Of a DNA stretch of 32,000 nt, positions 27,720 to 32,000 are shown piece by piece. Position 1 is the first letter of the stretch. Every line of letters starts with the position of its first letter. The position numbers and the translations under genes are program-made. Below the pieces are notes generated by a model that was not told where the DNA came from, searched no databases, and saw only the letters and a list, made by a program, of their open reading frames with translations. The DNA is taken from NCBI RefSeq assembly GCF_008000775.2, contig NZ_CP042905.2, positions 2,430,001 through 2,462,000 of the forward strand, given 5' to 3'. The stretch is from Promethearchaeum syntrophicum (lineage in GTDB: Archaea > Asgardarchaeota > Lokiarchaeia > Sigyniarchaeales > Promethearchaeaceae).

Positions 27720-29000
27720 ATGGAAAATCAAGAAATAACAAAAAATTATAAAAAGCGTCGAATGAGATTATTGGAAATAATGGGTGAAGGATTGGCTTTC
27801 ATAACAACATCTTATGCTTCTCCGGATGTATTACTGTACGACAAGAATCTTCAATATTTAGTAGGAAAAATTCCTAATGATGCTGTGTTATTGATGGCAC
27901 CTAAAGGAATTGTAATAGATAGATTTGAAACACATAACGGTCCGAAGGTGGGAAGAGGAAGAAAAGTTCAAGAAGTATTATTCGTCCGTAATTTGCTTGA
28001 ACAGGAAAAAATCATAAATGGTGAGGGACATTCCATAAGTAATCTGCAAGAAGAGAAAGGGATTGAAGTGGTTAAATCTCTAAAAGATTTGAATGCTGTG
28101 TTGAAGAGTAACTTAGTTAATGAAAATATTCTATGGGTTAATGTAGCAAATTCTCCTAATCTCAATAAACCACTCACGCCTAATTTAATTAAAATAAATC
28201 AGATTCGAGATCGCTTCTCATGGTTACAGATAAAAAATTGTGCTCCATTAATACATAATATGCGCTGGGTAAAGGAACCAATCGAAATCGAATATTTACG
28301 AAATGCTTTTCAAATCCATAGTGAAATTTTTACTAAGATAATGCAAGCTCTGAAACCCAGAGAAAATGAAAGTCTGGGTAAAGCCATTTACGATTATGAA
28401 ATCGGAATTCGTCCCCCTAAAAAAGTTCGGGGTGATTGGCAGGATCGTTATGTGGCAAATATAATTGTAGCTGCCGGCAAAAACAGTGCAATTGCACACT
28501 ATATGGACAATAATCAAACAATTCAAGATGGAGATCTGATTCTCATCGATGCTGGTGTGGAATACAACGGTTATTGTTCTGATATCAGCCGAACCTTTCC
28601 TGCAAATGGAAAATTTACAGTTCGACAAAAGGAAATATATAAAATTGTATTAGAAGCTCAAAAAGCAGCAATTGCAGTTATGAAACCAGGTAAAACTGAA
28701 AAAGACGCTCATTATGCTGCTTATGAAGTTTTTAAGAAATATAATTTAGATAAATACGGATACGGAAGATGTGGACATAGTGTCGGTTTGAACATCCATG
28801 ATGCAACAGGATGGGGGATTGAAGAACATCCATTTGAACCAGGTGTTGTGGTTGTTATTGAACCTTTTATTGCTATTCCAGACGAAAATATCGGTATTCG
28901 GATTGAAGATGGCGTGTTAATTACTGAAAATGGTGCTGAAGTCCTACAAGGTCCAGTAAAAGAGATTGAAGATATCGAAGCCTTATGTAAACGAGATTAA
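27720..29000 (+). CDS. M24-family metallopeptidase (Xaa-Pro aminopeptidase/prolidase-like)
   Basis: All five metal ligands visible: ILIDAG, SDISRTF, GHSVGLNIHD, EPFIAIP, IRIEDGVLIT. Confidence 0.93.
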   Translation: MENQEITKNYKKRRMRLLEIMGEGLAFITTSYASPDVLLYDKNLQYLVGKIPNDAVLLMAPKGIVIDRFETHNGPKVGRGRKVQEVLFVRNLLEQEKIINGEGHSISNLQEEKGIEVVKSLKDLNAVLKSNLVNENILWVNVANSPNLNKPLTPNLIKINQIRDRFSWLQIKNCAPLIHNMRWVKEPIEIEYLRNAFQIHSEIFTKIMQALKPRENESLGKAIYDYEIGIRPPKKVRGDWQDRYVANIIVAAGKNSAIAHYMDNNQTIQDGDLILIDAGVEYNGYCSDISRTFPANGKFTVRQKEIYKIVLEAQKAAIAVMKPGKTEKDAHYAAYEVFKKYNLDKYGYGRCGHSVGLNIHDATGWGIEEHPFEPGVVVVIEPFIAIPDENIGIRIEDGVLITENGAEVLQGPVKEIEDIEALCKRD

Positions 29001-29017
29001 AAGACTTTTTTTTAATC
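28995..29017 (+). terminator. Possible intrinsic terminator overlapping the M24 peptidase stop codon
   Basis: GATTAAAA-GACTTTT-TTTTAATC: 8-bp perfect inverted repeat with T8 run; exact functional role unproven. Confidence 0.35.
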
Positions 29018-29269
29018 TGATATTTTATGTTAAAAATTTCTCACGCTGTTGTACCTTCGAGCTTAGATAGAAAAAATATTTCTTAAGGGCACTATGATGA
29101 ATTTATACCTGATAATGAAAAATTATTTTAGACTCAAATATGAGTATACATATTCTAAAAAAATATTGGAAAATTTGTAATAGCCTTAATTCAACTAATA
29201 GCAAACGTTATAAATACTTAGTGAAGACCAAATTTATTCTCCAGATAAATTTTGAAAAATGAATAAAAA

Positions 29270-29662
29270 ATGAGTGATACCAAATCTAAAAACTTAGGGC
29301 ACAGTTTAGTGATGGATGATGATCCGTTAATTCGTAAAACTATCCAATTACTGTTACTCAAACTCGGATTTGCTTCTACTTTAGTTAAAAATGGAGAAGA
29401 CGCGGTGAATCATTTTATTCAAGCCCAAAAAGACAAAAAACCTTTCAATTTTGTTATATTGGATTTGATCATTCCTGATGGAATGGGTGGAAAAGAAACT
29501 CTGGATAAAATCAGACAGATCGATCCAAACGTCAAAATTATTCTATCTAGCGGTTACAAAAAGGAAATTCTTGAGAATTATAAAGAATTGGGTTTCAATT
29601 CCATGTTAGAAAAACCTTATACCATTTCAGAACTTAAACAGGCAATTTCTGTTATTATTTAA
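29270..29662 (+). CDS. Stand-alone CheY-like receiver domain protein
   Basis: 130 aa; SLVMDDDPLIRKTIQLLLLKLGF, FVILDLIIPDGMGGKETLDKIR, KIILSSGYK, MLEKPYTISEL: acidic pocket, phospho-Asp, T/S and K conserved. Confidence 0.92.
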   Translation: MSDTKSKNLGHSLVMDDDPLIRKTIQLLLLKLGFASTLVKNGEDAVNHFIQAQKDKKPFNFVILDLIIPDGMGGKETLDKIRQIDPNVKIILSSGYKKEILENYKELGFNSMLEKPYTISELKQAISVII

Positions 29663-29815
29663 TAAAAATTAAAATTTCTTGAGAATTACTTTGAAATTCC
29701 AGTATGATAACAAAAGAGAAATTATGAAATAAACAATGAATTGGGCCATTACTTTTTTTTTAATTTATATTTCAAGAAGCAAAAAGTTTTTTAATTTGTT
29801 TTGTGAATAAATAAA

Positions 29816-30127
29816 TTGATAGATTTGACAACGATCCTCCTAAAAAGTATTTTGAGCGAATTCGAAGATTTACCGGATGATATTAAAGAAAAACACAGCG
29901 AATCTCTACAAAATATCAAATCACTCATAAGTGATCTAATTAATTCCATTCAGAGTTCCCATAGTGTTTCATCAAGCATTTCAACTACAAATTCAAATGT
30001 TTTTAACTCTACCTCATCAGATGCCCCTCTAGAATTACAATTGGATGAATTAAAGTCAGAAATGTTAGATTCGCTTAAAAAGAATAAAAATGCAATCTCA
30101 TTAGATCATAAAAAAATGATTGATTAA
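29816..30127 (+). CDS. Small helical hypothetical protein
   Basis: 103-aa ORF, amphipathic helices flanking a Ser/Thr/Asn-rich linker; non-ATG (TTG) start. Confidence 0.45.
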   Translation: MIDLTTILLKSILSEFEDLPDDIKEKHSESLQNIKSLISDLINSIQSSHSVSSSISTTNSNVFNSTSSDAPLELQLDELKSEMLDSLKKNKNAISLDHKKMID

Positions 30128-30131
30128 AGAT

Positions 30132-30872
30132 TTAGATATTAAGATCTGGGTTTGAATTACTATCTTTTAACCGATCAGGTTGCTTTTTAAGAGTATTATA
30201 TACGATAGGACCAATTAAAACAATAATAGAAAAGACACTATAAAATAATAGAAATGGATCCCCTAAATTAACTACATCTGAATCCCATGGTTCTATTGAT
30301 GTTTCGTAATCAATAGTATAGTTTTCTCCCGTAATTGTAATATTTACTCCATAAATCAGATCCCATCTCGGTTTACCTATGAGAAAATAATAATCCCCAT
30401 CTGGTAAGGTATAATTCTCATTTTCTTCAATATTTCTCTCATATATTTTAATTGTTGTATTATAATCATGAATTCCAGGTTTAATCTTATCGACACCTCC
30501 TGTCGAAGTGCCTTCTCCTGCGAAATTGTATATTGAAACATTTTCCAAATTTACGTTAATAGATGAAAAGTAAGAGGGCAGATATAGATCAAGATTAGCT
30601 CCATTAGGTTTTCCAGAATATGTAGTAAATGGGCCTGTATTGTATACTTGATAATCAACGACAAAGAAACATTCCGTATTATTTGATTCCAATCCAGTAA
30701 CTTGAAAATCTGTAATTCTGGAAGACATATTTGATGGAAATTCTAGTATGAATGTATTGCCATATTCAATTTGAATTCGGAAAGTTAAAAAAACCAGAAA
30801 CAAAGCAACAAACCTTAAGACAAAATTTCTTATATCCTTTTTCGATAATCTTATTTTTTTCATAAAAAACAC
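30132..30872 (-). CDS. Hypothetical membrane protein, ectodomain flanked by two TM helices
   Basis: 246 aa; N-terminal FVLRFVALFLVFLTF, C-terminal FLLFYSVFSIIVLIGPIVYNTL, Asn/Thr-rich extracellular-like middle; abuts 30875 gene. Confidence 0.65.
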   Translation of the reverse strand: MFFMKKIRLSKKDIRNFVLRFVALFLVFLTFRIQIEYGNTFILEFPSNMSSRITDFQVTGLESNNTECFFVVDYQVYNTGPFTTYSGKPNGANLDLYLPSYFSSINVNLENVSIYNFAGEGTSTGGVDKIKPGIHDYNTTIKIYERNIEENENYTLPDGDYYFLIGKPRWDLIYGVNITITGENYTIDYETSIEPWDSDVVNLGDPFLLFYSVFSIIVLIGPIVYNTLKKQPDRLKDSNSNPDLNI

Positions 30873-30874
30873 TT

Positions 30875-31690
30875 TTATTTTGCTTTATTTTCCTTTCTTT
30901 TTTCTCTTAAATATGACAAAATATTTGCAAAAACCAACATTAAAACTAAAACACCGAAAATTACAAAGAAAATAGTGTTAAATTGCTTAGAAACCGATTC
31001 AAATTGATCTTGGGGTAATGTTTCAAGGAATGACGGTTTATTCCCGTCAAGCATACTATAACCTAAATAGGCATAAAAAATTGCTCTGGGAACCGAACCT
31101 ATCAATGTAGCTATATAATAATGTTTTGGTTTAATATTAGATATACCTGCTGCATAGCTAACAGGATCAAACATTATCACAGGCACAGCCCTACCAATAA
31201 CAATTGCCCAAAAACCCCAATTTTCAATCCATTCATCCATAATTGATATCATTCTATCTGCAAGACCGATTTTCTCACCAGTAGCTTCGAGTATAGAACG
31301 TCCTCCTCTATTTGAGACATAATATGTTATTGCAGCACTTAGCATTGATCCGATTATTCCAAGAATTACTCCCCACCAGAATCCAAATATCATTGCTCCT
31401 GAGAGTAATACCAGCTCGGAAGGAATTGGGGCAATTAAACTCTGAAGTACCATAAGGAAAAGAAAAATAAAAGCAGCCCAAAAACCAAGATCGAGTAATG
31501 GTAAAATAAAATATTTTCTAATATTTGTAAAAAGAAATGTGTTATCGATAATTGTTAGGATGAATACAATGATTGAGATAATAACGATTATTGTAAATGC
31601 AATAGCCATGAAGATTTTTTTTTTCGACCAATGAAAAAATTTTTTTCTAGAGACTTCTAGATCTTGGGAATTTTCAGATTTTAGTGTCAT
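30875..31690 (-). CDS. DedA/VTT (SNARE-associated) family membrane protein
   Basis: VLQSLIAPIPSELVLLSGAMIFGFWWGVILGIIGSMLSAAITYYVSNRGGR...WAIVIGRAVPVIMFDPVSYAAGISNIKPKHYYIATLIGSVPRAIFYAYLG. Confidence 0.88.
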   Translation of the reverse strand: MTLKSENSQDLEVSRKKFFHWSKKKIFMAIAFTIIVIISIIVFILTIIDNTFLFTNIRKYFILPLLDLGFWAAFIFLFLMVLQSLIAPIPSELVLLSGAMIFGFWWGVILGIIGSMLSAAITYYVSNRGGRSILEATGEKIGLADRMISIMDEWIENWGFWAIVIGRAVPVIMFDPVSYAAGISNIKPKHYYIATLIGSVPRAIFYAYLGYSMLDGNKPSFLETLPQDQFESVSKQFNTIFFVIFGVLVLMLVFANILSYLREKRKENKAK

Positions 31691-31826
31691 TATTAATTTT
31701 CTAATTTAACCACATGATTTGAATTTATCTATATAATAGGGCATAATCTGTAAGAGTAAAAATTTGAGGTTAAACTTGCTTTTCTGTCAAAAATATCGTA
31801 GAACTAGTAGAGAAATTATTATATGA

Positions 31827-32000
31827 AATATTATTATATTATTAGTAATCTTTCTTCAAGGGGATAAAAAAATTAGAATTAGTAAGGATAGATCGGCAAA
31901 CGAGGTTTCGCAATCTGAAATTAGAACAATTTCGTATGATTCTCGTAAAAAATTTATAGCCGTTGGGGCATTTGAAGAACCTGTATTAATTTATCGTTAT
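31827..32000 (+). CDS. Right-edge partial reading frame, beta-repeat/WD-like; start unclear (possible frameshift)
   Basis: Open frame reading DKKIRISKDRSANEVSQSEIRTISYDSRKKFIAVGAFEEPVLIYRY to the window end; no in-frame ATG, but an ATG at 31823 lies one base out of register and would join it across the G4 run at 31860-31863. Confidence 0.4.

Noticed and set aside
25153-28628. Minus-strand ORFs at 25153, 25846, 26256, 27082, 27968, 28296 (and similarly 10162, 19509, 22401)
   Set aside because: All lie within well-supported genes as alternative frames, with no domain-like character.

Overview
This is an AT-rich, densely coded archaeal chromosomal segment. The informational genes (archaeal uS10, eS25, a Ser tRNA, an intron-containing tRNA) and small-domain content suggest an Asgard-type archaeon, but that affiliation is inference only. 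No CRISPR array, transposon or phage module is visible. Recognisable content: an edge-truncated membrane protein with TrkA-N/RCK-like domains; a solitary N6-adenine DNA methylase-like protein; a tandem pair of 8-bladed FG-GAP/PQQ-like surface propellers; uS10; an unannotated tRNA-Gly(CCC) with a ~29-nt intron inside the T-loop; two adjacent Bud23-like methyltransferases; eS25; BpsA-like branched-polyamine synthase; two overlapping paralogues with a C39-like Cys/His/Asp signature; tRNA-Ser(CGA); a DUF47-PiT phosphate operon; an unlisted 57-aa zinc-ribbon miniprotein; a small longin/roadblock-like protein; a C45-type Ntn hydrolase; GNATs; an LVIVD propeller; a divergent threonine dehydrogenase/KBL pair; a hydrolase, MFS, DUF362, M24 peptidase, CheY-like protein and DedA/VTT protein. 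The best leads are the tandem C39-like protease-like pair (10758-13000) and the T-loop-interrupted tRNA-Gly (7025-7125).
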